A stretch of DNA of 32,000 bases. It comes from Methylorubrum extorquens. GTDB lineage: Bacteria > Pseudomonadota > Alphaproteobacteria > Rhizobiales > Beijerinckiaceae. Location: NCBI GenBank assembly GCA_900234795.1, contig LT962688.1, positions 4,200,001-4,232,000 on the forward strand, written 5' to 3'. The translations under genes were made by a program, and so were the position numbers. Positions 7,055-15,863 of this stretch are shown one piece after another. The stretch's first letter is position 1; each line of letters opens with the position of its first letter. Below the pieces are notes generated by a model. It did no database searches. It saw nothing but the letters and a program-made list of their open reading frames with translations, and was not told the origin of the DNA.

Positions 7055-9787
7055 TCAGTTCCGGCGCAGCAGACGCTCGAAATAATCGAGTTCTTCCTGC
7101 GGGCGCGAGGGGTCGCCGAGCTTGCGCCGCAGCTCCTCCATGATCCGGCGGGCGCGCTGCACCGCGGATTCGTCGGCATTGGGCACCCGCACGTTGCCGT
7201 TCGAGAGGTCGCGTCCGCGGGTGGGACGGCCGAGCGGGTCGTCGTCGGCGGAGCCCGAGCGGCCCTGCTTACCCTGGGACTGGCCCTCCTGCTGGCCCTC
7301 GCCCTCCTGGCCCTCGGCCATCTGCTGCATCTGCTTCTGCATGCCCTCGGCACCGCGCTTCAGCCCGTCGAGGGCGCGACCCTGCGCGTCCACCGCGTCG
7401 CCGTTGCGGCCCTGGCCGAGCGATTCCTCGGCCTCGCGCATGGCCTCCTCGGCATCCGACAGCCCCTCTTCCCCCTGAAGCCCCTGCTGCTTCATCCGGT
7501 TCTTGAGATCCTGGAGCTGCTCGCGCAGGCCCTGCTGGCGCTGGCCCATATTCTGGCCCTGCTGCCCGCCGCCCTGACCTTGCTGGCCCTGACCTTGCTG
7601 GCCTTGGCCGCGCTGCCCCTGCTGGCCGCGGCCCTGCTGCCCCTGTTGACCTTCCTGGCCCTCGCCCTGCTGGCCGGGCTGCTGCCCGCGCTGGCCTTGC
7701 TGCCCCTGCTGCTGGCCCGGCTGCGGCCTCTGGCGCTGGCCGGGACGCTGCTGGCCCTGCTGGCCTTCCTTGTAGGTCTCGTCGCGCAGGTCCTGCTGCT
7801 CGCGGGACATCTTGTCGAGTTCGTCGAGCTGCCGGTTCATCTCGGCCATGCCGCCATCGGACTTCTGGCCGTTCTCGGCGTTCTGAAGATTTTCGAGCAC
7901 GTTGCGGAGCTGTTCGAGCAGGCGCTGGGCTTCCGCCGTGTCGCCGCGCTGCATCGCCTCCTGCATGTCCTTGATCATCTTCTCGAGATCGTCGGGCGTG
8001 ACGGTCTGGCCGTTCTGCTGCTGTTGCTGGCGCTCCGATTGCTGCCGGTTCTGCGGCTTCGCCCGCTGAGCGAACTCCTTCATGAACTTGTCGAGGGCCT
8101 GTTTCAGATCCTCGGTGAGCTTCTTGACCTCCTCGTCCGGCGCGTTGCGCTCGATCGCCTCCTTGAGGCGGTCCTGGGCGGCGCGCAGGCCCTTCTCGGC
8201 ATCCGAGAGATCGCCGTCCTCGATCTTGAGAGCCATCTCCCACAGGAGGTCGGCGACGTTGGTGAGATCCTCGTCCGACTTCGCCGCGCGCAGGCGGTTG
8301 GCGGCGGTGGTGAGGCCGAGGAAGATCGCCGGCTGCGGCGTGAAGCGCTCCGGCGCGATCCGCAGGGCGTCGAGCGCGGTCTGGACGCGGGCGCGGTCCG
8401 CGTCGGGCGCGGTGACGAGGCGGCGGCGTTCCTCGGCCAGCGCGCGGGCGAGCGGCTGGCTGAAGGGCCGGGCCGGCAGCACGATCTCGGCCGTCTCGGT
8501 GCGGCCCTCCTGCCCGGCCTCGTCGCGGACCACGAGGGTGAGCTTCACCCGTGCGCCGGACCAGGGATTGTCGGTGAGATCGACCAGCGTCTTGGTGTCG
8601 GTCTCACCCGTCGCGTCGGCGGGGAGTGCCAGCGCGATCTTGGGCACCGGCACCAGCGAGCGCCCGGCCTTCAGCGGCTCGACCAGCCCCTCGGCGGCGG
8701 CGATGCCGTAATCGTCCTTGGCCCGGTAGCTGAGATTGAAGGTGCCGCGCCCGTTCACTTCGAGATCGCCGACCCGGCTGACTTCGGGCGGCTGGTCGGG
8801 GATCGTCTCGATCACGAGGCGTTGCGGCTCCGAGCCGGAGGCGGCGATGCCGAGTTCGGCGGTGCCGCCGGCGAGCCGGAACCGCTCCTCGCGCAGGGTC
8901 GCGCGGGTCTCGTTGGCCTTCGCACCGTTCTGCACGACGCCCCGCGGAGCGACCCGGCTGGCGGTGTCCTTCTCGTCCTTGGCCACCGGCACAAGGGCGG
9001 CATTCGGGGTCAGCTCCGCCTCGCCCTGGCCGGCGATGCGCACGATCAGGGTGGAATTGACCGGCGCACGCAGGCGCTGCACCGGGTCCTTCGGCGTGCC
9101 CGACATCGTCACGATCAGCGGCGGCACGCGGGTATAGATCGGCGGATCGATCCAGCCATCGACGCGGAAGCTCGGCGCGGCGGCCTGGGGCTCGCGCCAG
9201 TCGAAGGCGGCGGCGACGCGCCCGCGCCATTCGGGGCCGGCGACGAACAGAGCGGCCAGCGCCGCGACGAGGACGCCCGCGCGGAGCGCCAGCGGATCGT
9301 GGCCGGGCATGTGCGGGCGCGGACGCCCGGCCTTCAGCCGCGCGACGGCGGCAGCGGCCCGCGACTGGTGCAGGGCCCACAGGGCGCGGGTGACCGGATC
9401 GCTCTGGCCGACAGCCAGCGTGTCCTCGATCGAAGAGGCCGGATCATGCGCGGTCCCACCCTTGCGGGCGGCCTCGCGGTCGATCCGGGCGAGCGCCTCG
9501 CGCCGGCTCAGGGCGCGGAGCCGAACCGCCGGCCACAAAGCGGCGACGAACAGGGCGGTGAAGAGCCCGAGCCCGACCATGCGCCCAACCGGCGGAAGAT
9601 CCAGCCACAGGCCGAGCCAGGAGGCGGCGAGGAAGGCGAGGACGACGCCGAGCCCGCGCCACAGCACCGGCCAGGCCCGCTCCCACAGGCCCGCGGCCCG
9701 CGCCTGCGTCACCAGCCGGTCGAGGCGATGGCGCGTCGCGCCCTGTGGATCGCCGCTGCTCGAATTCGTCCGTTCGGCCTCGCTCAT
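7055..9787 (-). CDS. TIGR02302 / DUF4175-family membrane protein with a Q/G-rich low-complexity region
   Basis: 910-aa ORF. N-terminal TM segments (LWERAWPVLWRGLGVVLAFLAASWLGLW...), a long conserved middle, a coiled-coil/acidic region and a C-terminal ELDYFERLLRR. Family assignment is from memory of conserved alphaproteobacterial proteins. Confidence 0.8.
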   Translation of the reverse strand: MSEAERTNSSSGDPQGATRHRLDRLVTQARAAGLWERAWPVLWRGLGVVLAFLAASWLGLWLDLPPVGRMVGLGLFTALFVAALWPAVRLRALSRREALARIDREAARKGGTAHDPASSIEDTLAVGQSDPVTRALWALHQSRAAAAVARLKAGRPRPHMPGHDPLALRAGVLVAALAALFVAGPEWRGRVAAAFDWREPQAAAPSFRVDGWIDPPIYTRVPPLIVTMSGTPKDPVQRLRAPVNSTLIVRIAGQGEAELTPNAALVPVAKDEKDTASRVAPRGVVQNGAKANETRATLREERFRLAGGTAELGIAASGSEPQRLVIETIPDQPPEVSRVGDLEVNGRGTFNLSYRAKDDYGIAAAEGLVEPLKAGRSLVPVPKIALALPADATGETDTKTLVDLTDNPWSGARVKLTLVVRDEAGQEGRTETAEIVLPARPFSQPLARALAEERRRLVTAPDADRARVQTALDALRIAPERFTPQPAIFLGLTTAANRLRAAKSDEDLTNVADLLWEMALKIEDGDLSDAEKGLRAAQDRLKEAIERNAPDEEVKKLTEDLKQALDKFMKEFAQRAKPQNRQQSERQQQQQNGQTVTPDDLEKMIKDMQEAMQRGDTAEAQRLLEQLRNVLENLQNAENGQKSDGGMAEMNRQLDELDKMSREQQDLRDETYKEGQQGQQRPGQRQRPQPGQQQGQQGQRGQQPGQQGEGQEGQQGQQGRGQQGQRGQGQQGQGQQGQGGGQQGQNMGQRQQGLREQLQDLKNRMKQQGLQGEEGLSDAEEAMREAEESLGQGRNGDAVDAQGRALDGLKRGAEGMQKQMQQMAEGQEGEGQQEGQSQGKQGRSGSADDDPLGRPTRGRDLSNGNVRVPNADESAVQRARRIMEELRRKLGDPSRPQEELDYFERLLRRN
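7545..7770 (-). repeat. In-frame imperfect CAG/GGC-type repeats encoding the (Q/G)n tract
   Basis: Encodes QQGQQGQRGQQPGQQGEGQEGQQGQQGRGQQGQRGQGQQGQGQQGQGGGQQGQ. Contains an exact 15-nt tandem duplication, ccctgaccttgctgg, at 7571-7585 and 7586-7600. Confidence 0.85.
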
Positions 9788-9907
9788 CGTGTCCGGTCGC
9801 GGCTCCCGCGGGCGCCGGGCAGAGGAGCCCCGCGCACGAATGAGGAAGCTAGCATGGTGACGGGCGCACTCCGCCGGGTCAAATCCGCCCAGTCGCGCTT
9901 GGGGCCG

Positions 9908-11002
9908 TCACGCGGCCGCCTGCGACAGGTCGCGGCCGATCCGGGCGGCGAGCGGTACGCTCGCTTGGTTCTTGCCCTTGGCTTCGATCTCGAAATCGGT
10001 CCAGGCGAGGTGCCGGGCGACGAGCGCGTTGACCGCCTCGTTCCACATCAGGTCGGAATGGGCGGCCAGATCTCGCCAGGAATGACCCTGTTCGGACAGG
10101 GCCGCATAGTCCGGCAGCGTGCCGGTATCGTGCTCGGGCAGGACCGTTTCCCGTGAAACACTGATATGGCTCACCGGCCGCACCCCGCGCCAGGAGGCGA
10201 TCACCGCCGGGATGCGGGGATCGTCGGGCTCGATATAGACGCCGCGGCTCTCGACCCAGTGATGGTGGAGATCGAGCACCACCGGCACCCGGTCGCCGAG
10301 CCGCAGCACCGCGTCGAGGCCGAACAGCGACTCGTCGTTCTCGACGGTGAGCAGGTTGCGCGCCGTCTCCGAGATCAGCGACAGACTCTCGCGAAAGCCC
10401 TCGATGCCGGGCTCGCGCCCGCCGATATGGATGTTCACGTGGGCACCATGCGGGTGCCAGCCGGAGCCGTAGCCCAGCATCGCCATCACCTCGGCATGGT
10501 ATTCGAGTTCGGCGATGCCGTTTTTCTGCGCGTTCGGGTTGCGCGAGGCGATGATGCAGAACGGGCCCGGATGCATGCTGAGCCGCACGTCGCCTGCCCG
10601 AGCCTGCTCGCCGATCCGGGCAAGCCCGGCCTCGATCAGGGCGCGCATCGGAGCCTGCGCATAGAGCGGCTCGGCCACCGGATGGGTGTAGCCGGGCAGC
10701 ACCGAACTCGCCATGCGCAGCAGCCGCTCCAGGGGCGGCCGGGCCGACACCCAGGCGATCTGGCGTTCCAGCGCCGCGAGGTTGTGGCGCACCACGCCCT
10801 CCAGCTTCTCGAAGCGCGCGGTGGGCCCGAGGCGCTCCAGATGCGCCATCGTCACCGTGCCGAGATTCATCAGCTTGGCCGCGTCCTTGGCGGCTTTCAG
10901 GGTTTTGTGGGCCGGGTCCGGATCGGGGATGAAGGTGCAGCAGAAGCCGAGGCGGGGCGGCTCGGCGATGTTCGGCTGGGAGGGGTTGGGCTTGCGCGAC
11001 AT
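9908..11002 (-). CDS. uvsE: UV damage endonuclease (UvdE/UvsE family)
   Basis: 364-aa ORF with UVDE-like motifs: LGFCCTF, RMASSVLP, HPGPF, TVENDE, LDLHHH. Confidence 0.85.
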   Translation of the reverse strand: MSRKPNPSQPNIAEPPRLGFCCTFIPDPDPAHKTLKAAKDAAKLMNLGTVTMAHLERLGPTARFEKLEGVVRHNLAALERQIAWVSARPPLERLLRMASSVLPGYTHPVAEPLYAQAPMRALIEAGLARIGEQARAGDVRLSMHPGPFCIIASRNPNAQKNGIAELEYHAEVMAMLGYGSGWHPHGAHVNIHIGGREPGIEGFRESLSLISETARNLLTVENDESLFGLDAVLRLGDRVPVVLDLHHHWVESRGVYIEPDDPRIPAVIASWRGVRPVSHISVSRETVLPEHDTGTLPDYAALSEQGHSWRDLAAHSDLMWNEAVNALVARHLAWTDFEIEAKGKNQASVPLAARIGRDLSQAAA

Positions 11003-11048
11003 GGGCCGATAACGCGTCAGGATCGGCTTCGGCCCCCGGCAAAAAAGA

Positions 11049-12068
11049 TCAATCCTCCGCGCGCAACGCGTCCACCGCCGCGCCCGCGAGGTTGGCCGCC
11101 ATCAGCCGCTCGGCCTCGCCCTCGACCGGCCGGAGGCGGATGCCCAGAGCCGCGATCCGCGCCGCCGCCTCGCGGGCAAGCCGGGTGGCGGTGGCGAGAT
11201 CGACCGCCGCGAACCGCACCGGCTCGCCCGGCCGGCGCTGGGCGATCCGTCGCAGGTCGGCGGAGATCACGGTGGCGATCTTCGGATAGCCGCCGGTGGT
11301 CTGGCGGTCGGCGAGCAGGACGATGGGACGGCCCGAACCCGGCACCTGCACCGAGCCGGCCACGGTGGCGTCGGAGACGATGTTGAAGCCGCCGGCACCG
11401 TGAGCAATCTCCGGTCCGTCGAGCTGATAGCCCATCCGGTCGGCCCGGTTCGACACCGTGAAGGTCTCGGCCAAGAACGTCGCCAGGCCGGCTTGCGAAA
11501 ACAGGTCGTCCTGCGGTCCGAGGACGACGCGGACCGGCGCATCGCGTTCCAGCGGGATCGGATCGAGGCTGTGGTCCGCCTCGCCCGAGGCAGAGGCGGC
11601 GAGCGGCAGGCGGTCGCCCTCGCGGCATGGGCGCCCGTCGAGACCGCCCAGTGCCGCACGCTGGTGGAGCGCCCGGCTGCCCATCACGCTGCGGACGGGA
11701 AAGCCGCCGGCCGCCGCGAGATAGGCGAACACGCCCTCGCGCGGCCGCTCGACCGTCAACGCCGAGCCCTCGCGCAGGACGAAGGAGCGATGCGCAGCGA
11801 GCGGCTCGCCGTCGAGGCGCAGCCCGCTCGGCGCCCCCGCCAGCGCGAGGCGCACCGCCCCGCCCTCGACGCGCAGGCTCGCCGCGGCCAGTCCGAGTTC
11901 GAGCGCCGCCGCATCGGCCGGGTTGCCGACGAGGCGGTTGGCGGCGGCGAAGGCGAGCGGGTCCATCGGCCCGGAGGGCGAAAGCCCGAAGCGGAGAAAG
12001 CCGCGCCGTCCGCCATCCTGAAGCGAGGCTGCGCCGGTGAGGCGGGTGATGTGGAGGTCGGCGCTCAT
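11049..12068 (-). CDS. pxpC: 5-oxoprolinase subunit C (biotin-independent carboxyltransferase-like, KipA/allophanate hydrolase subunit 2 family)
   Basis: Typical N-terminus LQDGGRRGFLRFGLSPSGPMD. The ATG at 12068 overlaps the pxpB TGA as ATGA, indicating translational coupling. The track start at GTG 12077 is 3 codons longer. Confidence 0.9.
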   Translation of the reverse strand: MSADLHITRLTGAASLQDGGRRGFLRFGLSPSGPMDPLAFAAANRLVGNPADAAALELGLAAASLRVEGGAVRLALAGAPSGLRLDGEPLAAHRSFVLREGSALTVERPREGVFAYLAAAGGFPVRSVMGSRALHQRAALGGLDGRPCREGDRLPLAASASGEADHSLDPIPLERDAPVRVVLGPQDDLFSQAGLATFLAETFTVSNRADRMGYQLDGPEIAHGAGGFNIVSDATVAGSVQVPGSGRPIVLLADRQTTGGYPKIATVISADLRRIAQRRPGEPVRFAAVDLATATRLAREAAARIAALGIRLRPVEGEAERLMAANLAGAAVDALRAED

Positions 12069-12790
12069 CCCGCGCACAACTCGGCCACCGGTTCGCCGGC
12101 TTCCGCCGCGGCGGCGAGCGCGTCCCAGCGCTCGGCCGGGGTCGGGACGAACCGCACCCGGTCGCCGGGGCGGAGCAGGAAGACGGGGTCGCGCTCAGGC
12201 ACGAAGGTCCTTTCGGGGGTTCGCCCGAGAAGATGCCAGCCGCTCGGGGCCGCGATGCTCGCCACCAGCGCCTGGGCGCCGCCGATGGAGATGGTGCCAG
12301 CCGGCGTCACGGAGCGCGGGCTGGGGCGGCGCGACAGGGCGAGCCCGGAATCGAGCCCTTCGAGATAGGCGTAGCCCGGCAGGAAGCCGATCATCGCGAC
12401 CCGGTATTCGGGGGCGCTGTGGCGCGCGATCACCTGTTCGAGCGTGAGCCCGTGATGGGCGGCGACCGCGTCGAGATCGATCCCGAACGCGCCACCATAG
12501 ACCACGGGGATGCGCCACAGGCGCGGGGCCGGGGCCGCCGCGAGCGGTTCGCCCGCGAGCGCCAGGACGGCGCGGCCGAGTTCGGCCGGGTCGGCGCGGA
12601 GCGGATCGAGATGGACGGTCAGCGAGCGGTAGGTCGGCACCGTCTCCAGCACGCCGGGGAGGGCCCGCTCCGCCAGCGCCGTATCGAGGGCCAGCACGCG
12701 GGCGCTGAGGCGCGCATCGATGCCTGAGCCGAACTCGATGGTGAAGGCCGTGTCTCCGCAGGGCAGCAGCCGCGGCGCGTCGTGCGTCAT
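12065..12790 (-). CDS. pxpB: 5-oxoprolinase subunit B (KipI / allophanate hydrolase subunit 1 family)
   Basis: 241-aa ORF with motifs LLPCGDTAFTIEF, ETVPTYRSLTVHLDP and YAYLEGLD. Confidence 0.9.
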   Translation of the reverse strand: MTHDAPRLLPCGDTAFTIEFGSGIDARLSARVLALDTALAERALPGVLETVPTYRSLTVHLDPLRADPAELGRAVLALAGEPLAAAPAPRLWRIPVVYGGAFGIDLDAVAAHHGLTLEQVIARHSAPEYRVAMIGFLPGYAYLEGLDSGLALSRRPSPRSVTPAGTISIGGAQALVASIAAPSGWHLLGRTPERTFVPERDPVFLLRPGDRVRFVPTPAERWDALAAAAEAGEPVAELCAG

Positions 12791-12836
12791 GGCGGCAGGT
12801 TACCCAATCGGGCAGCCCGCCGCGAGACGTCGATAT

Positions 12837-13694
12837 CTAGAACCCGGACGCGAGGCGGTGGGGCACGGCCGTCCGCCCGGCGGCGGCGGCCTGGCGGTAG
12901 AGGCCGCGGTGCTGGGGATCGGGCACCAGCGCCTCGGTCAGACCGATCACGGTCTCGGCCGCGCCGAGCAGCAGCGCGCCGTCGGGGGCGAGCGTCTTGG
13001 CGATCCGCTCCAGCACGTCGGTCTTGGTCGGTGCGTCGAAATAGATCAGCACGTTGCGGCAGTAGACGATGTCGAACTGGCCGAGATGCTCGAACGGGTT
13101 CAACAGGTTGAGCGGCCGGAAGCTCACCATCCCGGCGAGCGACGGGCTGATCCGCCACTGCTCGCCGACCTGGGTGAAGTGCTTCACGAGGAGCTGCACC
13201 GGCAGGCCGCGCTGCACCTCGAAATGGCTGTAGAGGCCCAGCCGCGCCTTCTCCAAAACCTCGGTCGAGAGGTCGGTGCCGACGATCTCGATCTGCCAGC
13301 CGGCGAGTTGCGCCGCGGCCTCTTGGATCATCATCGCGAGCGAGTACGGCTCCTGCCCCGTGGAGGCCGCCGCCGACCAGATCCGCAGGCGCCGCTGGGG
13401 GCTGCGGGCGGCGATGGCTTTCGGCAGCAGCACGTCGCGGAACAGGTCGAACGGCGCGCGGTCGCGGAAGAAGAACGTCTCGTTGGTGGTCATCGCCTCG
13501 ACCACGGCCTTCTCCAGCGGCCCCTCGCGGGACACCCGCAGGGTGCCGACCAAGTCGGTCAGGGTCGCGATGTTGAAACGGCGGCAGACGGGGGTGAGCC
13601 GGCTCTCGACGAGATAGCGCTTCTCTGCGCCGAGGCTCAGCCCGGAGCGCTTCCTGAGATAGTCGCGCAGGAACGCGAAATCCGCTTCGGTCAT
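12837..13694 (-). CDS. cheR: Chemotaxis protein methyltransferase CheR
   Basis: 285 aa from MTEADFAFLRDYL. SAM-binding region RIWSAAASTGQEPYS. The start codon overlaps the cheB stop (TGATG). Confidence 0.9.
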   Translation of the reverse strand: MTEADFAFLRDYLRKRSGLSLGAEKRYLVESRLTPVCRRFNIATLTDLVGTLRVSREGPLEKAVVEAMTTNETFFFRDRAPFDLFRDVLLPKAIAARSPQRRLRIWSAAASTGQEPYSLAMMIQEAAAQLAGWQIEIVGTDLSTEVLEKARLGLYSHFEVQRGLPVQLLVKHFTQVGEQWRISPSLAGMVSFRPLNLLNPFEHLGQFDIVYCRNVLIYFDAPTKTDVLERIAKTLAPDGALLLGAAETVIGLTEALVPDPQHRGLYRQAAAAGRTAVPHRLASGF

Positions 13695-14842
13695 CAAACC
13701 CGCTCCGCGATCGCGTTGCGCAGAGCCGGTCCGATCTCGGGGAGCGGGAGGACGGCGTGGCACAGGCCCGCTTTGGCGACGCTGCCGGGCATGCCCCAGA
13801 CCGTGCTGGTGGCTTCGTCCTGAGCGAGCAGGATGCCGCCGGCCTCGACCAGCGCGCGGGAGCCCGCCGTGCCGTCCGAGCCCATGCCGGTGAGGATGAC
13901 GCTCAGCGTCGCCCCGCCGTAGAGCGCGGCGGCATCGAGGAACATCACGTCCACCGCCGGGCGGCAGAAGTTCACCGGTGGCCCGTCGTCGAGGCGGATG
14001 ACGGTCTCGGCCGCGGAGCCCGCGAGCCGCATGTGGCGCCCGCCCGGGGCGACGTAGATGCGGCCGGGCTGCAACCGCTCGTCAGCCTTGCCCTCGGCGG
14101 CCGGCAGCCCGATCCGGGCGCCGAGATGTTCGGCGAAGACGGCGGTGAAGACCGGCGGCATGTGCTGCACGATCAGCACCGGCAGGCGCCGGAGCGTGGC
14201 CGCGCCGATCTTCTCCAGCACCTCGCCGACCGCCCGCGGGCCGCCGGTCGAGGAGCCGATCAGCAGGGCGCGCGGCGGCACCACGGTGCGCGGCTTCGGC
14301 CGCAGCGTCACCGTGCCCGACAGGCGCGAGACGGCCGGTGCGGCAGGCGCCGCGGAGGAGGCGGATTCGACCGCGGTCGGCCCCGGCCGACGCCGGGCGC
14401 GGGCGGCCCCGAACACCCGGATGCGCTCGATCAGGTCGTTGCGGAATCCGTCCGAGGTGGTGACGCCGCGGTTGCTCTCGGGCTTGGGGATGTAATCGAC
14501 CGCGCCGAGCGCGAGGCAGCGCAGGGAGACGTCGGCGTTGCGCTGGGTCAGCGTCGACATCATCACGACCTGGATCCCCGGCTGCTTGGCGAGCATCAGG
14601 GGCAGGGCCTGGATGCCGTCGAGTTCCGGCATCTCGATGTCGAGGAGCACCACATCGGGGTTGCAGCGGGCCAGCGCGTCCACGGCGGCGCGGCCGTTGG
14701 GCGCGGTGGCGACCACCTCGTGGCCCGCCTCGCCGAGCCAGCGCGAGACGAGCCCGCGCACCACAGCCGAATCGTCGGCGACCAGCACCTTGATCGGGCT
14801 GCGCGCCGCCGGAGCGTGTGCGACGGCCGGGAATGCCGACAT
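13694..14842 (-). CDS. cheB: Chemotaxis response regulator protein-glutamate methylesterase CheB
   Basis: N-terminal REC domain (KVLVADDSAVVR ... DIEMPELDG) and a C-terminal methylesterase domain (GSSTGGP, GMGSDG). ATG at 14842. The track start at 14893 is a TTG, 17 codons upstream. Confidence 0.9.
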   Translation of the reverse strand: MSAFPAVAHAPAARSPIKVLVADDSAVVRGLVSRWLGEAGHEVVATAPNGRAAVDALARCNPDVVLLDIEMPELDGIQALPLMLAKQPGIQVVMMSTLTQRNADVSLRCLALGAVDYIPKPESNRGVTTSDGFRNDLIERIRVFGAARARRRPGPTAVESASSAAPAAPAVSRLSGTVTLRPKPRTVVPPRALLIGSSTGGPRAVGEVLEKIGAATLRRLPVLIVQHMPPVFTAVFAEHLGARIGLPAAEGKADERLQPGRIYVAPGGRHMRLAGSAAETVIRLDDGPPVNFCRPAVDVMFLDAAALYGGATLSVILTGMGSDGTAGSRALVEAGGILLAQDEATSTVWGMPGSVAKAGLCHAVLPLPEIGPALRNAIAERV

Positions 14843-14908
14843 GGGGGGAACTCGTTTCCGGGGGAGCGAACGAAGGGGCGGAGGCCTGGGCAAGCCCCCG
14901 GAGACGGA

Positions 14909-15331
14909 TCAGGCGGCTTCGGACGGATGCACCGCGAAGCCGACCAGATCGAGCTTGGCCATCATGATCTCCCGGTCGAAGGGCTTCATGATGTACTCGT
15001 CGGCGCCCGCGTGAAGCGCTCGGGCGATGGCGCCGACATCGTTCTCGGTGGTGCAGAACAGAACCTTCGGCTGGTCGCCGAGCGGGGACTGACGCAGGAG
15101 CCGCAGCACCTCGTAGCCGTCCATGTTCGGCATGTTCCAGTCGAGCAGGATCACCGTCGGCATCGCTTCCGCGCACATCACCAGCGCCGTGGCGCCGTCC
15201 TCCGCGTCGCGGACGCTGAAGTCGAGGGTCTCCAGGATGCGGCGGGCGACCTTGCGGATCACCGCCGAGTCATCGACGATCAGCGCTGTCTTCGCCACGT
15301 TCTTGGTCGAGTTCTTGGTCGGGCCGGTCAT
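14909..15331 (-). CDS. cheY: Chemotaxis response regulator CheY
   Basis: 140-aa single REC domain (LIVDDSAVIRK, LLDWNMPNMDG, YIMKPF). AAGGGA SD. Confidence 0.9.
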   Translation of the reverse strand: MTGPTKNSTKNVAKTALIVDDSAVIRKVARRILETLDFSVRDAEDGATALVMCAEAMPTVILLDWNMPNMDGYEVLRLLRQSPLGDQPKVLFCTTENDVGAIARALHAGADEYIMKPFDREIMMAKLDLVGFAVHPSEAA

Positions 15332-15351
15332 CGTGCGGGCATCCCTTGGCT

Positions 15352-15831
15352 TCAGGCGACCTTCGCCTCGCGGGCGTCGCCGAAGGCGAGCAGCGCATCG
15401 ACGTCGAGGATGACCAGGAGGCGACCGTCGAGGCGGTGGACGCCGAGCGAGAGGTCGCGCCAGCGGGGATCGAGGTTGATCGGCACCGGCTCCTGCGTGT
15501 CGGCGCCGAGCTTCAGCACCTCGCCGACACCGTCGACGATGAGCGCGAAGGTCTCGCCCGCCTGTTCCAGGCCGATCGCCATCTCGGCCGCGCCGGCCTC
15601 ACGGCCGGGGATGCCGAGGCGGCGGCGCAGGCACAGGGCCGTGACGACCCGTCCGCGCAGGTTCAGGAGGCCGACGATTTCCCGGGGCGCGAGCGGCACC
15701 GGGGTGATGCCGGCGGGCACGAACACGTCGTGCACCCGGTCGATGGTGAGCCCGAACATCGTCTCGCCGACGAAGACGGTGACGTAGTCCGTGGTGTCGG
15801 TGGGAACGGTGTTTCCGTTGGCGGCCTGCAT
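15352..15831 (-). CDS. cheW: Chemotaxis coupling protein CheW
   Basis: 159-aa CheW-like domain (VGLLNLRGRVVTA, ALIVDGVGEVL). AGAGGA SD. Confidence 0.9.
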   Translation of the reverse strand: MQAANGNTVPTDTTDYVTVFVGETMFGLTIDRVHDVFVPAGITPVPLAPREIVGLLNLRGRVVTALCLRRRLGIPGREAGAAEMAIGLEQAGETFALIVDGVGEVLKLGADTQEPVPINLDPRWRDLSLGVHRLDGRLLVILDVDALLAFGDAREAKVA

Positions 15832-15863
15832 GGCGGCGTATCCTCTTCCGGTCCGTTCGTGGT

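Noticed and set aside
7010-10156. 1048-aa plus-strand ORF, the longest in the track
   Set aside because: It lies antisense to the well-supported 910-aa TIGR02302-family gene and uvsE. Its translation is Leu/Ala/Arg/Gly-rich low-complexity sequence with no recognisable domains. This is a typical high-GC shadow frame.
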